This document shows, in pieces, positions 54,301 to 61,884 of a stretch of DNA of 64,000 nt. Each line of letters starts with the position of its first letter. Position 1 is the first letter of the stretch. The translations under genes were made by a program, and so were the position numbers. The notes below the pieces were generated by a model. That model made no database searches, was not told the origin of the DNA, and saw only the letters and a program-made list of their open reading frames with translations. This DNA is from a virus, in the IMG/VR virus record IMGVR_UViG_3300025660_000003, positions 1 through 64,000 of that record; one strand, written 5' to 3'.

Positions 54301-56525
54301 CGACCGATGCTGCCTACGGGTTCCACGGCATCACCTACGAGACGATCTACAACCCCACCAGTGTCCCCGTGGTCAACATGGTCGCTGTGGTCCCGCTTGC
54401 CGGGAAGGTCAGGGTCACCCCTGGGACGCCCCACGCCAACGAGACGTTCGACCCCACCAACGAGGTGCCGGTCTATCTCAACGTCCCCTCGCTCCTGCAC
54501 TTCCACATCGACGCCACCCAGGGCGACACCCTGAACAACCCACAGGGCCACATCGGTCTCGGCAACGGCATCGCCTGTCTCCTGCCGGGGACTGAGATCC
54601 GCACGGAGGACGCCGCCAACAACCCAGCATTCTTCGCTCTCGGTGGGGTGTTCCTGGAGCCATCGACTCCGATGTTCCCGCCATCCCTCGATCCGGTTTC
54701 GACCCCGAACGTGGTGGATGCCACTCGGTCGATGGGTCTAGGTGCGGTGGGAATGCGCTCATCGACCACGGCCGAGGAGGTCCACTTCGAGGTCCGGCGA
54801 GTTCGACGGTGGCACGGGCAGCAGAACGCCATCAACGACGCCTTCCAGCCCTTGCAGTACGCCTACGAGATCCGCCGGGGCATCGTCACGGCCTTCGCCC
54901 GGAACGAGCAGCAGGTCGGCATGGTGACGGCCCTGAACTTCCAGATGAACTGGGCCGTGGCGAATCCAGCCCTGCCCCTCGTCGCGGACGTGTGGAACGA
55001 CAACGACGGGGATCTGCACAGCGGCACGAACCTCGGACCGTTCAACTCCGGGGACGTGAACATCAACCCCGGCGACACCTTCCGGCTGCTCGACGACAAC
55101 GACGTGGTGCTGGAAGAGGCTGTCGTCGCAGAAGTGGTGTCGGGCTCAGCCCTGAAGCTCCGGGCTCCGGGCTTCTCCACTCAGACGGCGGCCAGTGTGG
55201 TCGGTCGTCGGTTCGAGGTCTGGCTCCGTCAGGCCCCGATCCCGCATGAGCAGAGCAACGAGCAGCTCCTCGAACTCATCACCGACTCCGTGGTTCACGT
55301 CACGGCGGCAGACCACACCGACCCCGACCCCCAGAACTGGGTCGGCGGCTACGTCCCGGAGACGGCTGGCGGTAGCGCGTGGGCGGACGTGAGCAACAAG
55401 CTGCTGGACGACTCGGCTGGTGGCGTGGACTTCACGGCCCTGGGCGTCCGGGCAGACGACATCGTGATCATCGACCCGATGGGCACGCTGCCGGTCGTGG
55501 ACGAGCGGGGTGCCCGTCCGCTGGGCGACCGCAGCGTTCCGACTCGCACGCCCGCCGGGGCCTACCAGGCAGGCCCGGCATCCAGCCTGGACGACAACCG
55601 GGGCTTCTACCGGGTGGCCACGGTCGCCGCCGGGGAACTCGGCATCGACCCCATCCACCTGTTCGCGGGGACGCTGGGTGGCGACGTGCTGATGGCTGCT
55701 GTGCGGACCAACCTGGTCTACGCCATCTATCCGACCGTCAGCACTTCGGTCCTCTCGACGGATGGTGCAGAGGGCCAGAACGACCTGCGACCGACCCGCA
55801 AGGCGGTGGGCGGCACGTTCACCAGTGGAGTGCCCGTCGAGGACAAGCACTCGATGAGGCCCTTCAGCTACCGGATCATCCGGCCCAGCTCGCTCTTCAG
55901 CTCTGACATCGTGGACACGGTGCTGATGATGCGGGAGCGGATGCTCTCGCTCATCGAGCTGTTCCGCAGCTCGACCAAGGGGACGAAGGGCGGCTTCTAC
56001 TGGACCTGGCAGGACGCGGACCACGTCGAAGACCTTGGTGACCCGGCGGACCCAGACTCCGGGCTGGGGCTCTTCCCGAACCGGCTGGTGACGACCATCG
56101 TGGGCGAGACGAGTCGTTCACCATTCGTGAACACGAACGACTGCCTGTCCATCCTGGACCGCCGCTTCTGGATTCACGACACGAAGCTGGACCTCCGCGA
56201 GCCCGACCCGAACAACCCGTTCGGTATGCGTGAGGTGACGGGCGGGGTGGCCTTCGACGGCGTGGGCGGCCCCTACACGGCCTATACGGACGTGACTGTG
56301 GGTGGTTCAGAGGTCAGGCCGGTGCTGACCGACCACATCAACCTGGTGCTCGACGTGCGAGATCGACTCCGAGACATCCGATACACCTGGCTGGCCTACC
56401 GGACGCACAGGTACATCGGGACGCTGGCTCGAATCGCAGCCTTCGACGCGGCCTTGCCGGTACGGCTGGAGGAACGCGAGCGGGCGATGCTGCTGGAGAG
56501 CACGGCTGGAGAGGCGACGGAATGA
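45393..56525 (+). CDS. Giant 3710-aa virion protein (baseplate/fibre scaffold)
   Basis: Uninterrupted 11.1-kb ORF in the baseplate operon, coupled at both ends; beta-rich; shares short modules with the sheath. Confidence 0.8.
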   Translation: MGIEFTGHVLRAPRIAPGNSATSSPPENGVVRDVQVPPARTAADPLIVDFAGDQYRAAVLEGPGTSPHEYLVWTAVSSQLAQVEDATWWMTDGTGSIPAGETFRVIVTDDGGRDIGQVTHLVIARGDVVHVDEGWVDVNNPAAGRLGSLPFYVVVPALADQDPVSGVVTLKDSNVFTATGAGLVASTLATLFGTGLSLDRGDAVMEARYTLSSVKFWWTRNDRYETRFGWNNALQRWMPYKGSAPVNLGRLLFDTTYKLSPPLSNLPVGSVLPGDALVGDQYAMLRLGSSAGALSLPVGVNDVDGFTGVEVVADSAVESLYDFTASTMAAVVGQTNGILQFNPLYTQEHAGQSLWYVYRGFAADADGVVGTLIAPDDLFLAPVPGPTDRPFVRINNRTPLAVTLVADEAALGAVAPVEGACAVALTTGRLKLSTTDIDKSDPTKLGTFDKHFLGAVIVYDGVALNATPQPTKGPRPLVQADGVTTTVHPVELMYLPAALPWPEDAGGGIFSGLGISGVLHMPDKTGAIPDPEGVNPALVVVPVRPGGDALPAPGGGVPPQTIGLIRQIEDGVGDTILFSKAGAVEELIVVDRNSDLPDFPFNVPGGVAYITREATTVAAAPHSAVQLGSETRTAFAGQVVYFLQASLNPSTYTETAVLYSKSRIVFRFEGDEVLYFASDGVAHDWLASSLPVQASYTSTEVAASIQARITAQAGTATCRAAGDRVVLEAADPTTGWVEIGWGFPKDLSGASALGFLPGWRVLGGQPNWLTDAGVSMGLSRSLLNLDRSKPDADYLAQYRLEDTVLATAVQGTPFTFFDFPPVEDIAGFDDGVFFNLQTIALQGDDLRIIDKRLGHLDEIEHRFTEGKFAWLDSTVSSNLVQQRTSVVNLGNPLVVPESLLPAPGINGNFMAAEDAARYVVQQQGVDYLITDDGVSGNVQLVTRYGARVDFGGQGTFTLAGTTFEDPDANFVATMQPGTRIKLPEGSYFVDSVTDATHVEVSPPFISTATRATPWEAFAGFPDSVYDPAIVADQVFKPFDHLPDEPFRVRVLSPLGNIVIADFTANVEDANTSGRPVSLRFGAVAPGAGVTASLSPLTLTTLGVVANNLLVLPSTTHVDEAAFSIRVGTELHEQGVGLLPVAAFTADPVNVEYLTAAWNDGTVVHPKGELKFNSVLLVDLESSAVVLVETLRLAANLTAGAAEYDQKTGDIRIAAADVTTHAGTQLYFTEQMITRKPGADVAISPMVGAVSFRKPINKGSLVEIEYWLADSEGRRVGTPADRTIEFLPVFVRREAMVRLTDHEFNLDPNGSHVIDTRIKPVVYLGPKQQNFGKVDFTVDTPKHLLGQRLSFNRDLATWIVPEVNYAVFDALGGERAFQTSQKPVYRPPFFIKAGKDNFGLRGDRSADFEVGQMLRIGPECFYITEIRYFADPDTTRFDIYPSTVGEVGSRSPGNDVLTLVTAGPITPVLDPDGAAPIATAAPLGFMQEIVLADFPFEPVNAKQNSITFLGDLTTFAVPGHIMEIAGLPFTIASASLSEDGTRTKIIFTSPFRLAIDPAGLPTVRLSYRPVYPPEVRQFVGVGPYVASEGVDLTLSGEFIAGVEQPGRTLAEGTEFEVDPETGAVQLLAPLQEPLGPKQKLLLSFTKIRVMEPFYSGGQVQFPRWAAQYKHIVVPSVDNGYLGGTLTARYTFDNPDSFYFRALPLRSYLGEAVAQAVAEMQQGQSSGGPLLSSSVGTSNWQQGNLGLASQRRDLLDKDRAARSLLTFYNNAVVAFEQVEEAITGKFIGDRDGKFRFWVGRGEEYAPPGFEDEYTGELNPSIVWSSVFNATDLTRDIQFLTSDPLVRPTLCTLVDLQLFGEPLGASQLRDLMDQQRALIRNDVDDVVLLASSTPRTIPTNAPPYFTVEADGSFARMGSAHRYSRLFPTTTEVFFTLMPGIEADVSVAGDVGSYAWNRITTTGTTESTYRAPIGQVGNPVMGAIGNISEKVLQMRLPRARILSYHPEGLDSSAFGLAVTLPCVVVSNVPLADLPMDPATGFPDVSRFLSQNVTGDTADAVAGDPVFALPGFEVGQRVGWGKPDGRLLAALFPEEIDVFGSKTYTGLFINEVLHGCVLTFRDRQDNPISDPNQILVGTSPTSGIAAHIFGLIESDTIYVVPPDTANPISDPATESPTMEMQQQAALLSPAFRQGFDLAVDTSGQVKDLSLPSWGDPSLFPIKELLGQKTPEPMSHLEGVVDFANVDQLPLRTPALLGNPQDDAGDYAIPYMKGTNTELARFEQVTNVIGPLMAADAVDGGYFPDEILFVDGEVPAAPLLIAGLNYREPGALMVPTKTDPAATLGTAPGREGDFLLMEVNTASPQGYQGILTVGGLRNVNTGGTDWSWIEPPRFVTQVNQGSATRFILNKYAVHTTPGVYPVDPQVVSPPGVRIFDDIANGNTVLSFQDVVFGLNDAAAINVGNLNTVLAAHADNAVRVNLISRPDDTVVNGLAGAVSVANMKDGRVILTIHIRAGFARITDYQGGDTGWIAHAGVTFGGFDPVGGEPAPGAVADNRHIIISGWSGQVPFTPAVGTEVQWFMPHDHLDPAGANDRKISKYGWEFGIDLDTSVTGESTSAYIDSDRLTFHEVVDFRLARPRGFQHDNGVGAIRVYQTMLQVTEITLGGAVFSTVNDVIGAGLSIRSRDGSTTTIEGTWNPAPTPAEEGSIRVMAFEYANTGITVGDSTASVVASQTTDPSGSDILVGDGWAEADRIDSIVATTGDMDNVQKGDAVYIDRSATALPDAATEKAGTFITRFAIKPTAGPNLYLPVAKSTYAGTGNGFVTTRFPRVLSMDVLLQRLEIDDHLMLPATGKLFIAIRPADLNSAVPGTFTQALFSVDWTGFDLGGPNPKLILGAFDTWRWADDAPIGASLAAIALLISNADVVGRQMTWHDNAVGGAGASPSGVMQVNVSVRGGDLPDDSSVVGHHSIGPGATDAAYGFHGITYETIYNPTSVPVVNMVAVVPLAGKVRVTPGTPHANETFDPTNEVPVYLNVPSLLHFHIDATQGDTLNNPQGHIGLGNGIACLLPGTEIRTEDAANNPAFFALGGVFLEPSTPMFPPSLDPVSTPNVVDATRSMGLGAVGMRSSTTAEEVHFEVRRVRRWHGQQNAINDAFQPLQYAYEIRRGIVTAFARNEQQVGMVTALNFQMNWAVANPALPLVADVWNDNDGDLHSGTNLGPFNSGDVNINPGDTFRLLDDNDVVLEEAVVAEVVSGSALKLRAPGFSTQTAASVVGRRFEVWLRQAPIPHEQSNEQLLELITDSVVHVTAADHTDPDPQNWVGGYVPETAGGSAWADVSNKLLDDSAGGVDFTALGVRADDIVIIDPMGTLPVVDERGARPLGDRSVPTRTPAGAYQAGPASSLDDNRGFYRVATVAAGELGIDPIHLFAGTLGGDVLMAAVRTNLVYAIYPTVSTSVLSTDGAEGQNDLRPTRKAVGGTFTSGVPVEDKHSMRPFSYRIIRPSSLFSSDIVDTVLMMRERMLSLIELFRSSTKGTKGGFYWTWQDADHVEDLGDPADPDSGLGLFPNRLVTTIVGETSRSPFVNTNDCLSILDRRFWIHDTKLDLREPDPNNPFGMREVTGGVAFDGVGGPYTAYTDVTVGGSEVRPVLTDHINLVLDVRDRLRDIRYTWLAYRTHRYIGTLARIAAFDAALPVRLEERERAMLLESTAGEATE

Positions 56526-56758
56526 GTGGGCTGACCGAGGAGCAGGTGACCGAGCGGCTCAAGGCAGCGGGCATCGACCCTAGCGCCTGGGGCGCAATGG
56601 GAGGCCACGGCCCGCAGACGCCGAAGTTCGCCCTCAGCATCGCAGCGGATCTCAAGAAGGTGTCGGCTCTCCTTCAGGGGGTGGTGGACGAGAAGCAGGT
56701 CAAGGTGCGGTCCTTGGAAGAGCAGCTCGCCCGGTTGCGCTACGGCGGGGGTAGCTGA
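56522..56758 (+). CDS. Small coiled-coil protein
   Basis: 78 aa, overlaps both neighbours. Confidence 0.7.
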   Translation: MSGLTEEQVTERLKAAGIDPSAWGAMGGHGPQTPKFALSIAADLKKVSALLQGVVDEKQVKVRSLEEQLARLRYGGGS

Positions 56759-59751
56759 TGCCCGTCGATGACAGAACTGGCCAGTGGGGGACTCTCAGCC
56801 TCACCATCCCCGACTTTCTTGCCGACGTGCGGGACGCGATCAACGACTTCGCGGAGCTGCTCATCAGCGTCCTGGAGATCGCCAATCAGGTGTTGGAGTT
56901 CGTGAAGGCGTTCATCCGGGGCTACATCGACCCGATGGTCATCCTCATCGAGGCCATCATCGACGAGATCACGGCCATCCTGACCGACCTGCGGGAGATC
57001 GGCCTCTACATCACCGGGGACTGGGCCTTGCTCGGCTGGCCACCGGAGGATCTGCGAGGCGGCTTCAGCGAGTACGAGCGTCGGATGATCGCCCGGTTGA
57101 GCGACCGGACCGACCCGACGCGACCGGACTTCTCCAGCAAGGTGAAGGTGCTGGGGTTCTTCGGCTACCTCTCGGTGGACCCCAGCGAGTTCGAGCGGCT
57201 CATCAACTTCGTCACCACGATCATCAAGATGTTCGGGTTGAGCTTCTTCCCGGACACCTCCGGGCTCCCGGTGCCGACCATCCAGGACACCCTGTACGGC
57301 CCCGACACCGTGGCGGTCGGGACGGCCTTCCAGTTCGGTGCGCTCAAGCAGGCCCTCACGACCTCCGATGGGACGCCCCCGGCCAGGTGCCGGGTGACCT
57401 GGATCGCGCAGCCCGCTTCTGCGAAGCACCCGATGAACCCCTTCCCGGTCACCGGCCCCTCCGGCTACATCGTCACCGTCTCCACGCTCCCGGACGGCAT
57501 CGCCCTCAAGTACGCCCGGCCGAAGGCGAACACCGACAAGAAGGCTGCTGGCGGCGACCCTGACAAGCTGGCCCAGCCCCGTGAGTCCGGCTCCGTCCTC
57601 GACTTGAACGGGACGCCCCTTGTGCTCCACGGTGGGGCCGAGATGCTGGCGTTCGAGGACTCGGGCTTCGGCTACAACGAGCACATGGACGACGGCATCC
57701 CCGAGGACGGGAGCTGCCAGGTCTTCGGGCTGCTCGACCCGTCATCGAACGAGATCATCCCGCTGGAGCTGCTCGGCAACGCTGACGCCCTGGGGACGCC
57801 TCTCGACGGCAAGGGGGAGGACTTCTACCTCCAGCGGACGTTCCTGGTGGGGGCAGGGGTCGCCCTCGCTCAGTGGTTCTCTGGCGAGTACGGGGCGGTC
57901 TTCCACATTGACGACATGCCCCGTGCAGCTCGCTTCGAGAAGCAGTCGGACGGGACGTTCGACCTGGTGGATGACGGCCCGGCGGTCAACTACTACGTCC
58001 GGGTCTGGGCGACGGGCAAGGAGGTCGCAGAGGCTACGAGGGTTCCGCAGTGGGACTTCGAGGCCCAGCAGGCCAAGAACAACGCCACCACCTCCGGGCA
58101 GCCCTTCGTCGTCGGCCTCAAATGCGGCCCCTCCGGCATCGGGATGCCCTCTGGCCCTCGCAAGATCACCTTCGTCAACGCCAACACGAACGAGTACCTG
58201 CACGCCCTGGAGACCGCCTTGATGGTGCTGGTCTTGAGCCGGTCGGACTTGCCGTTGCTGGATGAGCTGGTGGGATCGAAGCCAGAGGCCACGGCACAGG
58301 GCTACCGCGACGGCAAGTGGGCGGGACAGGGCTTCGCTCTGACGGCGACGGGTCTGGAGGACTCCAGGCACCTTGTCAGCCTGATGTACCCGAACACCAA
58401 GGCGCTGGAGAAGCCGAACCAGCCGCTTCAGGCGTGGCGGACGGTGCTGTTCCAGAAGGTCCGCCAGATGGCGCAGGACATCTACGAGCAGACCGGCCCG
58501 ATGCCCGATGTCGAGAAGATCATCGTCGATGCCACCACAGAGCTGCGGACGGTCACCTGGGATGCCTTGCTGGACGCGGACGATTCAGCGGGAACCTCCG
58601 GCCGTCTGTACGTGGCGAACGTAGAGGCTGTGGGCGGGGAGTCGCCCGCGATGTTCAAGGCACTGGACCCGGCGAACCCCGTGGCCGGGATGTCGGAGTT
58701 CGGTGTCGCCCCAAACGTCATGTCGATGGGTGTCGCTGCGCAGGACGTGGAGACGTTGTTCTTCGACCCGGCCTACGGCGGTCGGGGGCCGCTTCGACAC
58801 CGGGCCAGTGACTTCGTGCTCTGGGACGGCGGCAGCATCGAGATCGTCTACGAGGAGTCCGACCCGGGGAACGTCAGGGCGCTCAAGGCTAGCTCGCCCG
58901 CGAGCCTGGTCCGCATCTACGACAAGTTCACGGACAAGGACGGGAAGCTGCTCATCCCCGAGGACTGGCGGCAGTATTTTCAGGCTGTCGAGGCACAGGC
59001 GAAGGTGGTGGGCTCCGCTGACAAGTCCCCAGTCTTCGTCTCTGGAGCCTCGCAACTGGTGAAGTACACCAAGAACGGCGTCATGGTCGCTGACTGGCCC
59101 GGAGCCCTGTTCCTGCGGGGCCTCTTCCGGCTCTACGAGAACGGGCTCATCTACCAGCAGGCGGCCATCGCTCTGCGGGTGGCAACGGCGGCATCGAGCC
59201 GCGCACCGGAAGACGGCGAGTGGATCGCCATGCGGTTGTTCGACGCCTTCCCGGAGCTGGAGACGTTCTTGAACGCGGTCGAGAACTGGGTGAAGTCCCT
59301 CGCGTCCGCCGCGCAGTCGATGGCGGACGCCATCATCAAGTACATCGAGTTCGTGCAGGCGCAGATCGTGGAGCTACAGCAGCTCATCGCCCGCATCAAC
59401 GGGCTGATCCAGTCGTTCATGGCCTTCAGCTTCTCCCTGCCGGAGTTCAGCGGCTTGATGCTCCTGTCGGACGGCACGGACGGGGTGCTGTCTGACCTGG
59501 TGACGGCCAAGAACAAGCCCTCGGACAGCCCCCTGTCCTACGCAGCGGGTCTCGCCCTGGTCATCCCCTTCGGCCCGTCCTTCATCTTCGACCTCATCGC
59601 TCTGGCTGGTGGGGAGGACAACGAGGGATCGACCCCCAATCCCGACCCCAACGTCACCATGACGATGATCGGGGCTCCTGACCCCATCGGCATCGAGCAG
59701 ATCCCGCCGGGTGCGGGGCCAGCTCCGACCGATGAACCTGACGTGCTGTAG
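56758..59751 (+). CDS. Baseplate-region protein with similar N- and C-terminal helical domains
   Basis: 997 aa; both ends have long amphipathic helices followed by a G-L-x-hydrophobic strand and a Pro-containing turn. Confidence 0.7.
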   Translation: MPVDDRTGQWGTLSLTIPDFLADVRDAINDFAELLISVLEIANQVLEFVKAFIRGYIDPMVILIEAIIDEITAILTDLREIGLYITGDWALLGWPPEDLRGGFSEYERRMIARLSDRTDPTRPDFSSKVKVLGFFGYLSVDPSEFERLINFVTTIIKMFGLSFFPDTSGLPVPTIQDTLYGPDTVAVGTAFQFGALKQALTTSDGTPPARCRVTWIAQPASAKHPMNPFPVTGPSGYIVTVSTLPDGIALKYARPKANTDKKAAGGDPDKLAQPRESGSVLDLNGTPLVLHGGAEMLAFEDSGFGYNEHMDDGIPEDGSCQVFGLLDPSSNEIIPLELLGNADALGTPLDGKGEDFYLQRTFLVGAGVALAQWFSGEYGAVFHIDDMPRAARFEKQSDGTFDLVDDGPAVNYYVRVWATGKEVAEATRVPQWDFEAQQAKNNATTSGQPFVVGLKCGPSGIGMPSGPRKITFVNANTNEYLHALETALMVLVLSRSDLPLLDELVGSKPEATAQGYRDGKWAGQGFALTATGLEDSRHLVSLMYPNTKALEKPNQPLQAWRTVLFQKVRQMAQDIYEQTGPMPDVEKIIVDATTELRTVTWDALLDADDSAGTSGRLYVANVEAVGGESPAMFKALDPANPVAGMSEFGVAPNVMSMGVAAQDVETLFFDPAYGGRGPLRHRASDFVLWDGGSIEIVYEESDPGNVRALKASSPASLVRIYDKFTDKDGKLLIPEDWRQYFQAVEAQAKVVGSADKSPVFVSGASQLVKYTKNGVMVADWPGALFLRGLFRLYENGLIYQQAAIALRVATAASSRAPEDGEWIAMRLFDAFPELETFLNAVENWVKSLASAAQSMADAIIKYIEFVQAQIVELQQLIARINGLIQSFMAFSFSLPEFSGLMLLSDGTDGVLSDLVTAKNKPSDSPLSYAAGLALVIPFGPSFIFDLIALAGGEDNEGSTPNPDPNVTMTMIGAPDPIGIEQIPPGAGPAPTDEPDVL

Positions 59752-59759
59752 GAGCTGCA

Positions 59760-60662
59760 ATGCCGTCATTCACAAAGATGGGCAGCTTCCCGGTCGGGTA
59801 CTTCCGGGCGACGACCGCATGGCTGTTGCGTGAGCGGCGGGATGTCGTGACCCGCATCGCTACGTTGCAGGCAGAGATGGCCCGCATCGGCTTCGTCACC
59901 ATGAACTACCGGAAGGTCACGGTGGGCGACAGCACCAAGGCGACGGCAGAGCGGCTCGGCTTCTCCATCCCAGAGGGCACCACCCTCGCCCGGCTGGTGC
60001 AGGCGTACATCGCCACAGGCGGCAACCCGTTCAACATCTCCGGCTTCTTGCACCCGAACACCACCGAGGTCTCTCCGCAGGCGGACGGTGGTGTGTCCGT
60101 GGCACAGGACTACCCCGGCGGTGGTGCTCCGGGAGCGCAGTCAGTCGCCTACGACAACCCCCTGCCCGAAGGTCCAGAGGACGGCAGCACGAACCCGAAC
60201 AAGTCCGGCTACGAGGCATACGAGGGCGGCTACATCGACCACCCCGGCTACAAGCCCGCACGGATGGGTGGCCGGATGGACCGTGGTTCCTGGGACGACG
60301 CCACGGTCGTCCGGGTCATGCACGACACCCGCAACTGGGCGAACAAGGAGATCAAGGCCCGGCTCCAGAACAGGGAGTGGCAGATCATCAAGCTCTCCGA
60401 TTGCTGGGAGCAGCTCCGGGTGGAGCGTGACGAAGTGCTCATGGAGGCATTCGGCGGGCAGCTCATCGACCTGCCGGGTCTGGACGATGAGACGTTCGAT
60501 CCCAAGCGGCTCTGCCAGGTCATCATCGCGGACATGTACTCGGTCCTGTTCGACGTGGACGACTCTGGCATCCCCACTGGGTTCAAGCCGAACCCAGGGC
60601 TCGGGCTCCTTTTCTTCGCCTACAAAGACGTGCCCGCAGACGACGCAGGCCCCATGGGCTGA
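59760..60662 (+). CDS. Hypothetical virion-operon protein
   Basis: 300 aa, AGGAG RBS. Confidence 0.75.
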   Translation: MPSFTKMGSFPVGYFRATTAWLLRERRDVVTRIATLQAEMARIGFVTMNYRKVTVGDSTKATAERLGFSIPEGTTLARLVQAYIATGGNPFNISGFLHPNTTEVSPQADGGVSVAQDYPGGGAPGAQSVAYDNPLPEGPEDGSTNPNKSGYEAYEGGYIDHPGYKPARMGGRMDRGSWDDATVVRVMHDTRNWANKEIKARLQNREWQIIKLSDCWEQLRVERDEVLMEAFGGQLIDLPGLDDETFDPKRLCQVIIADMYSVLFDVDDSGIPTGFKPNPGLGLLFFAYKDVPADDAGPMG

Positions 60663-60665
60663 CGG

Positions 60666-60694
60666 TTTCGGGCCTATACCTCGCCAGTGGTGAG
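60666..60694 (+). promoter_or_regulatory. Class II motif upstream of the baseplate wedge genes
   Basis: tttcgggcCTATacctcgccagtgGTGAG, then AGGAGG RBS. Confidence 0.55.
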
Positions 60695-60708
60695 GCCCTA
60701 GGAGGTTC

Positions 60709-61884
60709 ATGTCCCTGGAGTTCCAGCTCGCGTGGCCCTGCCCCCATCTGACGGTGGAAGAGGTGGTGTCCCTTGGAGACGATCGGAGGTCGCTGAACAC
60801 GCGACAGCCGGTGGCGTCCAGTGGACAGGTGCGCGTGCTCGCCAACGACGACTTCTTCATCCCCCGCGAGGGGGTGCTCTCGGCGGCCGTGCTCTCCAGC
60901 TCCGTTTCTGGCCCCTTCGACATCATCGAGAACGAGGACACCCTGACCGTCGAGGCCAGTGGCGGTACGGCCACCCTGTCCTTCGGGGCGGTGGGGACCA
61001 TCCGGCTGACCACGGATCAGGTCATCCAGCGAATGACCATCGCGGCCTGGGAGCACGTCGAGATTCGCAACGACAACGGCTACCTGGTCTTCGTGGACAC
61101 GAACAAGGTCGGCCCTTCGGCCTTCGTCAAGGTGCGGGGCACGGTGGCATCTGCCCTGGGCTTCGGTCAGCCGACGCTCTCGGGCCGCCAGTGGGCTGCC
61201 TACGGTAAGGAGGTCTACCCCGGCTGGGACCTCTACCTCCGGCCCGACACCATCACCAACCGCTTCCCCCGGTTCCGCAAGCCGCTCCGCTTGAACCCGA
61301 TGCTCAAGGTGACCTACTCGGTCCCGGTCGCTCGCTGCCTGCGATGCCAGGCCGGGTTCATCGAGAACGACTTCCGGTTCGACGCCAGCGGCAACATGCT
61401 GCTCATCCAGAACGAGGACCTGCTCTACCAGGCGGCCCTGAAGATTCTGCTGACCGACAAGGGGAGCAACCCCTTCTTTCCGTGGTACGGCACGACCATC
61501 CGGGAGCGCATCGGCAGCAAGGCCCTGGCGGGCGTCGCCTCAGTCCTCAGCGAGGACGTGCGGAAGGCCCTGAGCCGCGTCCAGTCGCTCCAGACGGAGC
61601 AGGCGAAGTACCAGCAGGTCACGTTCAAGGAACGGCTCTACAGCGTCCTGGCGGTGAACGTGAAGCGGCACACGCAGGACGCGAGCACCTACCTCATCGA
61701 GGTCACAGTGCAGAATGCGTCTGGGGAACCCATCTCCCTGAACATCGTCTTCTCGGTGCCAGAGGTGGTGGCCCTGATGGGGAGCAACGGTTTGATGCTC
61801 GGTACTGAGGCGGCAGGGCTCGGGACCACAGAGGCTCGTCAGCTCTTCAAGAATGACCGCAACCTGCTGACCGGAGGCCAGTGA
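60709..61884 (+). CDS. Baseplate wedge / sheath initiator (gp25/gpW-like) with N-terminal extension
   Basis: LYQAALKILLTDKGSNPFFPWYGTTIRERIG is a gp25-type motif; CPH and CLRC could form a metal site. Confidence 0.85.
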   Translation: MSLEFQLAWPCPHLTVEEVVSLGDDRRSLNTRQPVASSGQVRVLANDDFFIPREGVLSAAVLSSSVSGPFDIIENEDTLTVEASGGTATLSFGAVGTIRLTTDQVIQRMTIAAWEHVEIRNDNGYLVFVDTNKVGPSAFVKVRGTVASALGFGQPTLSGRQWAAYGKEVYPGWDLYLRPDTITNRFPRFRKPLRLNPMLKVTYSVPVARCLRCQAGFIENDFRFDASGNMLLIQNEDLLYQAALKILLTDKGSNPFFPWYGTTIRERIGSKALAGVASVLSEDVRKALSRVQSLQTEQAKYQQVTFKERLYSVLAVNVKRHTQDASTYLIEVTVQNASGEPISLNIVFSVPEVVALMGSNGLMLGTEAAGLGTTEARQLFKNDRNLLTGGQ

